The position numbers and the translations under genes were made by a program. From NCBI GenBank assembly GCA_964350505.1, contig CAYGKL010000001.1, positions 13,675-77,674 of the forward strand: a stretch of DNA of 64,000 bases, written 5' to 3'. The notes beneath the pieces are model-generated. The model was given only the letters and a program-made list of their open reading frames with translations. It made no database searches and was not told the DNA's origin. The DNA is from an uncultured Roseivirgaceae bacterium (GTDB lineage Bacteria > Bacteroidota > Bacteroidia > Cytophagales > Cyclobacteriaceae). Below, one piece after another: positions 19,174 through 28,799 of this stretch (its first letter is position 1; each line of letters opens with the position of its first letter).

Positions 19174-22100
19174 TTATGAAATTGGTAACTCAATGATAAA
19201 CTCAGAGCCAATGTTTTCGGTGCTCTCTACGGTTATTGTTCCACCGTGCATTTCTGTGAACTCTTTAACAATAGATAAGCCCAATCCAGAACCTTGGATG
19301 TTACTCACATTGGTTGCTCTATAGAAAGACCCAAATAGTCCTTTTAAGTCTTTTTGAGGTATCCCTATACCATGATCTTTAAATGTCAAACTCATTCTAT
19401 CTAACTGATTAAATGAGAGGGATATTTCAGGAGCTTCTTTGCCTTTAGAATATTTAAGTGCATTAGAGATGAGGTTAGAAACCACATGGTCCATGAGCTG
19501 CTCATCAATGGCAACCTCTTGTGGAACACCATTTACATGTAAATCGATAACGCGATGCTCCAAATCAGTTTCTGAAGACTTATTAATCTGTCGTTGAATA
19601 AATTGTATAAAATCTACAGGCTTTTTATTGATTTGAATTTTGCCAGACTCTATTCTACCTAGCATCAGAATATCATTCATCAAAGAAGTAACTCGATTTA
19701 GATCACTGTCTATTCTGTCAATGTACTTCTTGTATTTAGCAAAATGGTCTGGAAGATCATCTTCTAGTTGATAACTAATCAGATCAGTGTTCTGCTTAAT
19801 GGTAGTAAGAGGCGTTCTGAACTCATGTGAAGTCATTGCTACGAAACGAGATTTTAGCTCATTTAATTCACGCTCTTTATTCAGAGCCTTTTCCATCTCC
19901 TCTTGAACCCGCTTTTGAATGGTAATATCACTTAGAAAAGCAGTAAATGTATGTCTACCTTTACTTTCTACCGGAATAATGGCCATCTCTATTGGAAACT
20001 CTTCACCCGATTTCCTCATAGCTGTAATCTCTATTTTTTGATTAAGCACTGGCCCTCTGCCAGTAGCTAAAAAATGCTTCATCCCTTGATCATGTGCCTT
20101 ATGATGCTTAGTAGGGATAATTGTTTCGGTTAGGGACTTTCCAATGGCCTCTTGTGCCGAATAACCAAAAATAGCCTCAGCTTGTATATTCCATTCCGTC
20201 ACAATACCTCTTTCATCTATAGTTATTACTGCGTCAATAGCATTGTGAAGAATCTTTCTGAGCTTTTGCTCACTTTCTGTCAATTCTCTTTCAGCTTTTT
20301 CTTGTTTTTTCTTGGCAATGGCATTCTTTAAACGGTTAGAGGCAAGGTTAGCTATTGTTGTAAGCGTGTTCAGATGGCTTTCATTAAAAAAGCCCTTTTC
20401 TTTATGCTCAGAATCAATAACTCCAATCACTTGACCGTCTGCTATGATTGGAACAGAAATCTCTGAATATCTGAAAGCATCATCTTCCAAATAGCGAGTA
20501 TCTTTACTAGTATCGTTCACTATTTCAGCTTTCCCTGATTTAGCTACAGCACCTACGATACCTTCACCTAAAGGAATAAATACCGGATCTTTTATTTGTC
20601 TATTTTTTGCTTGTTTAGGTCCATAAGCGGCTATTTGCTCAAGCACTTCCTTGTCGTTGTCAAGGATGTAAATGACACAGTCTTCATAGCCGAATTTATC
20701 AATTACATTTTCAGCTATTTCCCAAGCAATTTCGCCAATGGAATCATCCACAAGTAGTTTAGTCACGAAATCATTGATAGCACCCAAATGCTCATAACTT
20801 CTTTCTAATTCTTGATTCTTTTGAGCTAATATCTCTTGGTCAGATTTAAGACTCTTTTGATTTTCTGAGAGGGTTATTGTATAACCTATCCATTTAGCAA
20901 ATAAGCTGATGAATTCGATGTCATATCCATCAAAATTATGCTCCCTTGGCTTAGAGGATGAAAAATTAACAGTACCACGCCTTTTACCATTTACATCATA
21001 GGAAACACCCAAATAGGTCTCAATTCCAAATAAATGATGGGAAGGGTGATCTGTGTGGCTTGAGAGAGAAACATTACTCATATGAATAATGTCATTCTGT
21101 TTTAAAACTAACTCACAAAAAGTATCACCTAACCTAAACTGATCGCCAATATTTATAGTCGCGTTTGGATCCTTTGATACAAAATTTTTGACGGTGTAAG
21201 TTTCATCTTTGATCTCACTTATAATCGCTAAATCAAGTCCAAGGTATTTCTTAGCTAATTTTAAGCCTTGTGAAATCTGGTCTTCAGAGGAAAGGCTAAG
21301 ATTTGAGGTAACATAATTGAGTGCTTCAATACCATTTTTGTACTTGTTGAGGCGATCTTTGGTGACTTTTAGTTCCTCTTCATCATTGATTCTTTCAGTG
21401 ATATCGACATGGATACCAATACTCCCTCTAATGGTTCCATCTATATTATAAATTGGGGCACCACTAATTACTGCCCATCTTACAGTACCATCTTTTTGCC
21501 GAATGGGTATTTCATAAACTCCTTTTCCACCGCGCTGCCGTTGTTTATGCTCTTTTTTGAGCACTTCAAGGCCATGATCATTAGTTAGTAATTCAGAGGC
21601 CACCTTGCCGATCAACTCTTCTTTAGCGTAACCAGAAACCTTGGTCATAGCGTCATTCGCATAGACAATTTTCTCGTCAAGATCTACTTCCATAAGTCCA
21701 AACTGAAGGTTCTGAATAATACCTCTATATTTCTCTTCAGATTGTTCGAGCTCAGAACGGTTATGATAGCTCTCTGTAATATCTCTTCCTACTCCTAAAA
21801 AGCCGATTATATTTAGATCGTTTTCCAAGAGTTGAACACTGAGACCAATCCAAACCTTGTCACCCAAGCTTGTAACAATTGGCACTTCCTGAAAAGTAGA
21901 TTTAACTCTTTTTTTCAGTTGACTTGCATAGAATTGCTGGCTTGACTCCTGATAATCAGGATGTATTAACTCTAGATAAGACTTACCTAAAATCTCTTCC
22001 TCCTTATATCCAGTAATCTGAAGAGTCTTTGGATTAACATAAGTGAATTTACCTGCTGAATCACATTCATAAATAATCTCATTAGCTGCCTCTACAATGA

Positions 22101-22383
22101 GCTTATACTTTTCGTTATCGGGACTATTTTGTGCCATATAGCAATCTTCAGTAGAAAAGAAGATAGTATAAAATTTATTGTAAAATGTAACTTTATACGA
22201 GACTTCACAATCAAAGAAATGGATATCTATAAGTCCCGCTACTTTACCGGTGGTCTGGTAACTCTTCAAAATTTTGACAATAGCTCGATTATTTTCATCC
22301 TTTAAATAGGACAAAAACCGACTTGATAGCAGAGAAGATGCGACTATATCGCCCTCTGCAGTTACCTTTACACTTGAATTCAT
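19174..22383 (-). CDS. Cytoplasmic PAS-PAS-GAF-GAF-PAS sensor histidine kinase
   Basis: H-box TSHEFRTPLT, N-box NLISNALKYS, DHGIGIP and GSGLGLSI G-boxes; three PAS/PAC and two GAF-like segments; no TM. ATG 22383 is preferred because the track TTG at 22407 coincides with the -7-like box. Confidence 0.9.
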   Translation of the reverse strand: MNSSVKVTAEGDIVASSLLSSRFLSYLKDENNRAIVKILKSYQTTGKVAGLIDIHFFDCEVSYKVTFYNKFYTIFFSTEDCYMAQNSPDNEKYKLIVEAANEIIYECDSAGKFTYVNPKTLQITGYKEEEILGKSYLELIHPDYQESSQQFYASQLKKRVKSTFQEVPIVTSLGDKVWIGLSVQLLENDLNIIGFLGVGRDITESYHNRSELEQSEEKYRGIIQNLQFGLMEVDLDEKIVYANDAMTKVSGYAKEELIGKVASELLTNDHGLEVLKKEHKQRQRGGKGVYEIPIRQKDGTVRWAVISGAPIYNIDGTIRGSIGIHVDITERINDEEELKVTKDRLNKYKNGIEALNYVTSNLSLSSEDQISQGLKLAKKYLGLDLAIISEIKDETYTVKNFVSKDPNATINIGDQFRLGDTFCELVLKQNDIIHMSNVSLSSHTDHPSHHLFGIETYLGVSYDVNGKRRGTVNFSSSKPREHNFDGYDIEFISLFAKWIGYTITLSENQKSLKSDQEILAQKNQELERSYEHLGAINDFVTKLLVDDSIGEIAWEIAENVIDKFGYEDCVIYILDNDKEVLEQIAAYGPKQAKNRQIKDPVFIPLGEGIVGAVAKSGKAEIVNDTSKDTRYLEDDAFRYSEISVPIIADGQVIGVIDSEHKEKGFFNESHLNTLTTIANLASNRLKNAIAKKKQEKAERELTESEQKLRKILHNAIDAVITIDERGIVTEWNIQAEAIFGYSAQEAIGKSLTETIIPTKHHKAHDQGMKHFLATGRGPVLNQKIEITAMRKSGEEFPIEMAIIPVESKGRHTFTAFLSDITIQKRVQEEMEKALNKERELNELKSRFVAMTSHEFRTPLTTIKQNTDLISYQLEDDLPDHFAKYKKYIDRIDSDLNRVTSLMNDILMLGRIESGKIQINKKPVDFIQFIQRQINKSSETDLEHRVIDLHVNGVPQEVAIDEQLMDHVVSNLISNALKYSKGKEAPEISLSFNQLDRMSLTFKDHGIGIPQKDLKGLFGSFYRATNVSNIQGSGLGLSIVKEFTEMHGGTITVESTENIGSEFIIELPIS

Positions 22384-22399
22384 TTGGCTTGAGATAGTG

Positions 22400-22489
22400 C
22401 AAAGCAAGCATTAATAACCATATGTGTGACTCAGATTCGTTGAATCGACAGAATGCTTCGATGAATGACAAAATCTTTCGATAAGCTGA
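22400..22489 (-). promoter_or_regulatory. Repeat-type promoter P7 (histidine kinase/LytTR operon)
   Basis: On the minus strand: cores TTATCG (starts 22484), TCATCG (22464), TCAACG (22443); TTGCTTTG starts at 22407, 36 bp after the last core. Confidence 0.62.
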
Positions 22490-22628
22490 GGCTGGTTGAT
22501 AGAGAGGAAGCAAAAGAACTCTCTGAAATGCTTTAAATGCTAGATTGAAAAAGACTTCACCAACTTTGGCCGTAAGCACAGGCCTCAACTCATCTATTGA
22601 ATTCTTCTGCTTTAGCCCTCTTCAAGAA

Positions 22629-23495
22629 TTAATATTTTTGAGGAATCCAATTCGGTTGTGCATGAAAAGCACTTCCTGATGTGACCTTAGTGAATTTTCC
22701 ATCCAAGATATCTATTGTATAAATATGATCACCATCGTTCTCGGTGGTGCCATGAAACGCAATTTTATCACCAGATAAGGACCATGATATTTCACTTTCA
22801 GCGTAAGGAGTATTTGTTATCTGTTCAATATTTCCGTCAGTGAGGTCTAGTGTAAAAATATCCCAGCTCTTATTATCGCTCGAATCTGACATGCAAAAGG
22901 CAACTTTTTCACTACTGGGAGACCAAGACATGTACTTCTTGGGCATTTTGCTTTGAGTTAGCTGCTTTGTCTTTTTGGATAAAAAGGAAAAAACATGAAT
23001 CTCTGAGCTACCACTTTCTTCAGAAATGAAGGAAATAAACTCTTCATTTAAAGACAATTCGAAATCACCATCTGTTCCTTCATACTCAATGAAGAGCTCC
23101 TTTTGACCCTTCTCCACATCCATCTTCCAAATTTGTATGCTTTCACCAGACTGCTGAGAATAAAATAAGTATTTGCCGTTCTTGCTAAGATTAATATCCA
23201 AGAAATGCCCAACAAACAGAGTGTCGATAACTTCCTTTTCTAAGGAAAGAAAAACACCATTACCAGTTTTTGAATAAGCTGTATAGGTAACTTTATTCAA
23301 TGCTGAACTCCATCTTGGATTGAATTTCTTTAGCGAGTCATTAGTGAGCAACTCCTCCCATTGACCTAATAAGTCTGAGCTATAAAGATCTTGACTTTGG
23401 TCTTGCTCTTTCACATATATCAATCGCTCATTCAGGTGATTATCTGGCATATTGCAGCCATATAAAAACAAGATAAAAAGCCATGAATACTTCAT
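22629..23495 (-). CDS. TolB-like beta-propeller lipoprotein (PD40 repeats)
   Basis: Lipobox LYGC; repeated P.WS/SWSP..KIAF and QLT blade motifs. Confidence 0.75.
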   Translation of the reverse strand: MKYSWLFILFLYGCNMPDNHLNERLIYVKEQDQSQDLYSSDLLGQWEELLTNDSLKKFNPRWSSALNKVTYTAYSKTGNGVFLSLEKEVIDTLFVGHFLDINLSKNGKYLFYSQQSGESIQIWKMDVEKGQKELFIEYEGTDGDFELSLNEEFISFISEESGSSEIHVFSFLSKKTKQLTQSKMPKKYMSWSPSSEKVAFCMSDSSDNKSWDIFTLDLTDGNIEQITNTPYAESEISWSLSGDKIAFHGTTENDGDHIYTIDILDGKFTKVTSGSAFHAQPNWIPQKY

Positions 23496-23544
23496 CAACA
23501 AAAGAGGCTGTTAAAGATTACCAATTGATTTTCAACCAATTAGA

Positions 23545-24216
23545 CTAAATAGGCGAATTAAGAGTTTTCAACTCTTCAATAGTCGCTAGTGGGTCAACAG
23601 ATTTGAACACAAAATTACCAGCCACCAACACATCGGCTCCAGCTTTCATCAATGGCCCTGCATTATGTGCATTGACTCCTCCATCAATCTCAATCAATGT
23701 ATGAGCCTCATTCTCGGCAATGATCTCTTTGAGCTGTCTCACTTTTTTGTAGGTATTTTCAATGAACTTTTGACCACCAAAACCTGGATTCACGCTCATC
23801 ATACAAACTAAATCGATGTCTCCGATTACATCCTCTAACAACTGAACATTCGTATGTGGATTCACGGCTACTCCTGCCCTACAATCCAAAGCCTTTATTT
23901 CTTCAAGCACTCTGTGCAAGTGATTACAGGCTTCAAAATGGACCGTAATATTTGCGGCTCCTGCATCTCGAAATGCCTTTAAGTACTTTTCAGGATGAAC
24001 AATCATGAGGTGTACATCTAAAGGCTTTTTCGCATACTTATTAATCGCTTCTATTACAGGTAGGCCAAAAGATATATTCGGCACAAATACGCCATCCATC
24101 ACATCTACGTGAATCCAGTCTGCCTGACTTTCATTCAACATTTCGATATCACGTTGTAGGTTGGCAAAATCTGCGGCCAATACGGAAGGGGCAATTATGG
24201 GTGAGCTCATAGACAA
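23545..24216 (-). CDS. rpe: Ribulose-phosphate 3-epimerase
   Basis: IAPSVLAADF, HVDVMDGVFVPN, DVHLM, MSVNPGFGGQKF and EIDGGV motifs. Confidence 0.97.
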   Translation of the reverse strand: MSMSSPIIAPSVLAADFANLQRDIEMLNESQADWIHVDVMDGVFVPNISFGLPVIEAINKYAKKPLDVHLMIVHPEKYLKAFRDAGAANITVHFEACNHLHRVLEEIKALDCRAGVAVNPHTNVQLLEDVIGDIDLVCMMSVNPGFGGQKFIENTYKKVRQLKEIIAENEAHTLIEIDGGVNAHNAGPLMKAGADVLVAGNFVFKSVDPLATIEELKTLNSPI

Positions 24217-24223
24217 ATATAAA

Positions 24224-25810
24224 TCAATATTTAATGATCTTTCTGGTAGAAGAACCTGAAGTAGTAATCACTCGCAAAAAATACAAGCCACTTTCCGTTA
24301 GAGAAATTTTCAAGGGATTGTAAGCGTAGAATGGCACAAACTCATAATTGCTCTCCAATTTTCCTGTACTTTTAATAAGTTGAATGGTCACTTTTTCTCC
24401 AAAAAATCTTTCACTAAAGTTAATCTGAATTTCTTCAGTTGTTGGATTAGGAAAAGCATTAAAAGCTGGAACGCTCGCCTCTGCCTCGTTTCTATTTATT
24501 TCCATAACCCTATCAAAATTAGGAATTCCATAGCCATATTCCCGATCAGGGCTATTTGCCCGATCTCCTGATTTTCTAATTAATTCCCGAACCTCTTCGG
24601 CAGTTTTATTGGGATAAGCTTCCCAAACCCCAGCTACTAAACTTGTGAGCAAAGGAGCTGAAAAAGAGGTGCCATTCTGAGCTGCTATAGTTCCTTGGGC
24701 TGTCACCAACAATGTGGCAACTCCTCTTGCAACTACATCTGGTTTAATTGTATTTGGAGTAAAAGTATCTCTACTACTAAAATTAGCGATCATTTCACCA
24801 GCATCGATTGCCCCTACTGCCAGCACCAAGGGACTGTCGGCAGGAGCACTTACCACCGTTCCAGAATTTCCAGCACTATTAACCAATACAATGCCTTTCG
24901 AGGCGGCAATATTCGCAGCCTTTGTAATCACAGCAGTTTCACCATCGAGCTGCTCATTTGTATAATTCATCGAGCGGTTGGTGAAGCTATTATGATAACC
25001 GAGTGAGGTGCTGATGACATCAACTCCAGCGCTATCCGCCTTTTCGGCTGCAAAAAGCCAATTATACTCTTCCACTCTATATTCCCAAGGCGCCTCTGTT
25101 ACACTTAGAATAAATGTAGCTTGAGGGGCTCCACCTATGTAATCTTCTTGATCTGCTGCTATGATAGAGAGCACACGCGTTCCGTGGCTATAGATATTTT
25201 CGACATTTTCCGAATTCTCAACGAAGTCGAATCCATAAAGAATTCTATCTTCCTCGAAAATGTGCTGAAAACCTGGGAGCTGAGTAATGTTTTGAAAACC
25301 ATCATCGAAAACTCCTATAAGCACTCCTTTTCCATAGAAGCCAAATTCATGCATTGCATCAATGCCTAACATTTCTTGCTGATTGCTAGCGAGGTTAGGT
25401 CTAACAGGCATTTCTTCTTCATCATTTTTAGTTGATCCTCGCGCTCTCAATGGTGCTTCTGGAGCCACAAATTCTAATGAACTGACGAAGCTAAGGTTTT
25501 GCACTACATCAGATTTCGCATCATCCATTTGAACAAGAATCCCATTCATCCATTTGGTTGAATAGAAAACCTCTACTCCTAAATCTTTGATGGTTTGAAT
25601 ATAACTAGCTGTTACAGGCAAATCTTGCTCTGAAATGCTTATACCCTGCTTTTCTCTTCTTTGAAGTGCTTTTTGGGATAAGAACTGTTCCGGTTGATCA
25701 ATTGAATATAAGTTGGAAGACTTGTCATTAAAAAAAACCATGTATCGGTCTTGCGCCAGCACATGAAAGCCAAGGAAAAAGGTAAATAAGATGTAAACAC
25801 CTTTACTCAT
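24224..25810 (-). CDS. S8 subtilisin-like peptidase with T9SS type A C-terminal domain
   Basis: Triad VFDDGF, HGTRV, GTSFSAP; C-terminal FPNP...SGLYFLRV...TRKIIK. Confidence 0.9.
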   Translation of the reverse strand: MSKGVYILFTFFLGFHVLAQDRYMVFFNDKSSNLYSIDQPEQFLSQKALQRREKQGISISEQDLPVTASYIQTIKDLGVEVFYSTKWMNGILVQMDDAKSDVVQNLSFVSSLEFVAPEAPLRARGSTKNDEEEMPVRPNLASNQQEMLGIDAMHEFGFYGKGVLIGVFDDGFQNITQLPGFQHIFEEDRILYGFDFVENSENVENIYSHGTRVLSIIAADQEDYIGGAPQATFILSVTEAPWEYRVEEYNWLFAAEKADSAGVDVISTSLGYHNSFTNRSMNYTNEQLDGETAVITKAANIAASKGIVLVNSAGNSGTVVSAPADSPLVLAVGAIDAGEMIANFSSRDTFTPNTIKPDVVARGVATLLVTAQGTIAAQNGTSFSAPLLTSLVAGVWEAYPNKTAEEVRELIRKSGDRANSPDREYGYGIPNFDRVMEINRNEAEASVPAFNAFPNPTTEEIQINFSERFFGEKVTIQLIKSTGKLESNYEFVPFYAYNPLKISLTESGLYFLRVITTSGSSTRKIIKY

Positions 25811-26519
25811 CTATAAACCCGTGGGCAATCAATTCCTCTCTATATAAACGGCCTGATTCAATCAATCCTTGCCCCAAACACTCTTGTCTAGAACAAATCT
25901 TGACTTCGTTATACATCTTGTAGATTAGACCAATGCTATCTCGATACACTTCCCTTCTAATATCACGAAACGTAATTCCATCTTGGTCATTACTGATTTC
26001 AATTTCTGCTGTTCTAAGAAAGGTATTGAGTCCAATAGTGAACTGACCATTGAAGTTGACATACTTTTGAACAGTGGCTTCTCTCCCATTAAACAAGTTC
26101 CTATCCCATCTGATGGTGGTATCTGATGGAAATACCATTTTCACTAATGGTATATTATTTTCAACTGAAATAGCCTTATTCCCTTCAATTCTTGCCGTCC
26201 ATACAGAATCAAGTTCCCAAGATAAGTTCTCGTTTTCACGTCTATATCTATTGATGATATGTGAAACTTGACCACTATTATTAGAGAAAGGTTCTCCAAC
26301 CTCTTCTCTTATTTGATAGCTAGAAGTGTCACTAATACTGACTGCAGAATAACGGATTTCATAAACATCGTATTCACGGTACTTACCTTGTTCAAGAAAG
26401 AAATAAGATTTACCTAAATCAGGATTTAGTGGTGGAAGGGGATCTTCATCACTGCTGCTGCCACAGGCATAAATAAAAATGGCTATAATGAAAAGTAAAA
26501 CTCCGTTTTTGAGCCTCAT
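25803..26519 (-). CDS. Hypothetical lipoprotein
   Basis: Lipobox IYAC followed by an acidic segment; long ORF within an operon. Confidence 0.7.
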   Translation of the reverse strand: MRLKNGVLLFIIAIFIYACGSSSDEDPLPPLNPDLGKSYFFLEQGKYREYDVYEIRYSAVSISDTSSYQIREEVGEPFSNNSGQVSHIINRYRRENENLSWELDSVWTARIEGNKAISVENNIPLVKMVFPSDTTIRWDRNLFNGREATVQKYVNFNGQFTIGLNTFLRTAEIEISNDQDGITFRDIRREVYRDSIGLIYKMYNEVKICSRQECLGQGLIESGRLYREELIAHGFIDE

Positions 26520-26745
26520 GATGCGAATTAATGCCTAATTGAAACGATTAACAAACATTGTATAGTGTAAAACCCTTCACCAAATTCCTTTTAAGTCAAG
26601 TATCTGTGTGAAATCTACGCTAAAATACCCTTTTAATACATTTTCGAAGCTTATTACCCTATCACTTCTTTTCCTTTTCTTCGCCTGATCTTGCTGTAAA
26701 TTTTATGAAAGAATTAGCTTTGCCCTAGATTTAAACCTCAGCAAC

Positions 26746-27348
26746 ATGGCATTGAAAACCTTTGTGAAAGTAAGTGGAATAAACAATTTGAGTGACACTC
26801 GATATTGCGCAGGCATGGGTGTAAATCAATTGGGGTTTAACATTGAAGAAGGACATTCTAACTATACTGATATACAATCTTTTAAGGAGTTGTCCGACTG
26901 GGTATCTGGTGTACAGTTTGTTGGTGAAATTGAATTGGTAGAGTCGAAAGGAAAAATCGCACAGATTATTGAAGGCTATGAGTTAGACGCCATTCAAGTC
27001 TCTGATATAGAGCTAATACCCGAAGCTTTAGAAACAGGAAAGGCTATTATTTTCTATACCACATCGCTGGCTCAAGCGGAAGAAGTTGTCAATACTTTTA
27101 AAGGTAAGCTTTCCTATGTACTACTCGAGGATGAAAAAGCGGAACTAGAGAATCTTACGCTTTTGGCTCAGAAAACTGCGCTTGTGTTAGGCGCTGGACT
27201 GACTGCTGAGAGCTTAGATGACCTACTTGAAGAAACAAAACCTATGGGTCTGGCCCTTAAAGGTGGGGATGAGATTAGACCTGGTTACAAAGATTTCGAT
27301 GAAATGGCAGACATTCTCGAGGCTTTAGATACCGATGAGTGGGGTTGA
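26746..27348 (+). CDS. Degenerate phosphoribosylanthranilate isomerase (TrpF)-like TIM barrel
   Basis: VKVSGINN..D and GVNQLGF resemble the TrpF N-terminus; catalytic Cys reads Ser; -7 box TAGCTTTG at 26715. Confidence 0.7.
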   Translation: MALKTFVKVSGINNLSDTRYCAGMGVNQLGFNIEEGHSNYTDIQSFKELSDWVSGVQFVGEIELVESKGKIAQIIEGYELDAIQVSDIELIPEALETGKAIIFYTTSLAQAEEVVNTFKGKLSYVLLEDEKAELENLTLLAQKTALVLGAGLTAESLDDLLEETKPMGLALKGGDEIRPGYKDFDEMADILEALDTDEWG

Positions 27349-27426
27349 TGAGTTGAAATAGCCTTATCGCATTCCCCTTATCAAGTTTTTGTCAAGTGCA
27401 TCAGATAATTTCATAGTTTAGATGCT

Positions 27427-27924
27427 ATGAAAAGACTGTTTACTATCCTTCTTATTACTGGTTTGTCTCTCAGCTCAGCATTAGCTCAAAACGACTTGAC
27501 CACCTTCATATTGGTTCGCCACGCTGAAAAGGCAAATGATGATCCAAGAAATCCATCGTTATCTGAAATTGGCTTAGCCAGAGCTAATAAGTTGACGGAG
27601 GTTCTCCAATCGAATGATATTACAGCTATCTATTCAACTCCTTATAAAAGAACTCAAAGTACGGTAGCACCCATTGCCAAGGCTAAAGGCCTCACAGTTG
27701 AGGACTATAATTTCCAAAGTCCTACTTTCATTCAGGAAATGCTCGATAAGCATAAAGGAGGTATTATCCTTGTTTCTGGGCATTCAAATACTACTCCTAT
27801 GGTGGCTAACAAACTTCTTGGAGAAGAAAAATTCGCTCAGCTAGATGAAAATGAATACAGTAAAATATTCATTATTACAGTTTCTAGCATTGGAAAAGGA
27901 AGCGTTGTTGTTCAGAAATATTAG
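27427..27924 (+). CDS. Exported histidine phosphatase (phosphoglycerate mutase/SixA-like)
   Basis: Signal peptide; LVRHAEK, STPYKRT and GHSNT motifs. Confidence 0.85.
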   Translation: MKRLFTILLITGLSLSSALAQNDLTTFILVRHAEKANDDPRNPSLSEIGLARANKLTEVLQSNDITAIYSTPYKRTQSTVAPIAKAKGLTVEDYNFQSPTFIQEMLDKHKGGIILVSGHSNTTPMVANKLLGEEKFAQLDENEYSKIFIITVSSIGKGSVVVQKY

Positions 27925-28799
27925 TTTGATTTTGTCTCAGACTCTTTCAGTCCTAAGAAACTTATTCCGACCAAAGCACTCGTAAGACTGATGAGAAAGA
28001 ATAAAGTGGCTAGTGCCGTGGCATCTGTTTGGTTGATAAAGAGATAGGCAGCCCCTTTAACCATTACCAACTCACGTATTCCAATTCCACCTGGTAGAGA
28101 AACAGGTAAGGAAGCAGCTACCGAAGTCACAAGAAATAGGGTTAAGTAATCAATATATCCAGCTTCAACACCTAGAGCTTTAAGAATAAGAAAAGCACTT
28201 AGCACTTGTAAAGATTGAACTCCTAGAGCTTGTATGTTTGTGATATGGTTAACCTTTTTAAAAGTCTTGAACAGTAAATGTACTAAGAGATAATAAGCTG
28301 GATAAGCCACAATTAAACCTACCCAGAGCAAGAAACCATAAGGCGCTAAAGCCTCTTTTCCTTGTCCCAGCAAACCTAGACCAAAGGCTAAAAAACCCAA
28401 TGCCACTACTCCACTGACTCGATCAAGCAAAGTGGCGCTAATGAGAGGTTTAACAGAAGTCTTGTACCATTTATTCAGTAGATAAACCTTGTAGCCATCA
28501 CCTCCAATACCGCCAGGTAAAAACTGATTGTAAAGCATGCCGAGGTAATAGAGTTTCAAATTGAACTGGGTAGAAAGTGACAGACCGAGAGCTCTAAAGA
28601 AATAATTTAGCCGAATAGCACTAAGAACTTTGGACGCATTGAATGCTATGAGAGCCAACAATAACCATCCAATTTGAGCAGATAATAAGGTACGTTTTAG
28701 TTCTTCAACATCGATATCTTGAAGCACATATCTAATTGCCAGGACAGCAATAAATAACTGCCCAGCTACTTTAACCCATTTTTTAAGCTTTTTGCTCAC
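27921..28799 (-). CDS. Lysylphosphatidylglycerol-synthase TM domain/flippase-like protein (UPF0104)
   Basis: NQFLPGGIGGD, LLDRVSG and PGGIGIRE motifs. Confidence 0.85.
   Translation of the reverse strand: MSKKLKKWVKVAGQLFIAVLAIRYVLQDIDVEELKRTLLSAQIGWLLLALIAFNASKVLSAIRLNYFFRALGLSLSTQFNLKLYYLGMLYNQFLPGGIGGDGYKVYLLNKWYKTSVKPLISATLLDRVSGVVALGFLAFGLGLLGQGKEALAPYGFLLWVGLIVAYPAYYLLVHLLFKTFKKVNHITNIQALGVQSLQVLSAFLILKALGVEAGYIDYLTLFLVTSVAASLPVSLPGGIGIRELVMVKGAAYLFINQTDATALATLFFLISLTSALVGISFLGLKESETKSN

Noticed and set aside
22295-22588. 97-aa minus-strand ORF upstream of the histidine kinase
   Set aside because: No motifs; it overlaps the kinase start and runs across the P7 repeat promoter, which explains the sequence better.
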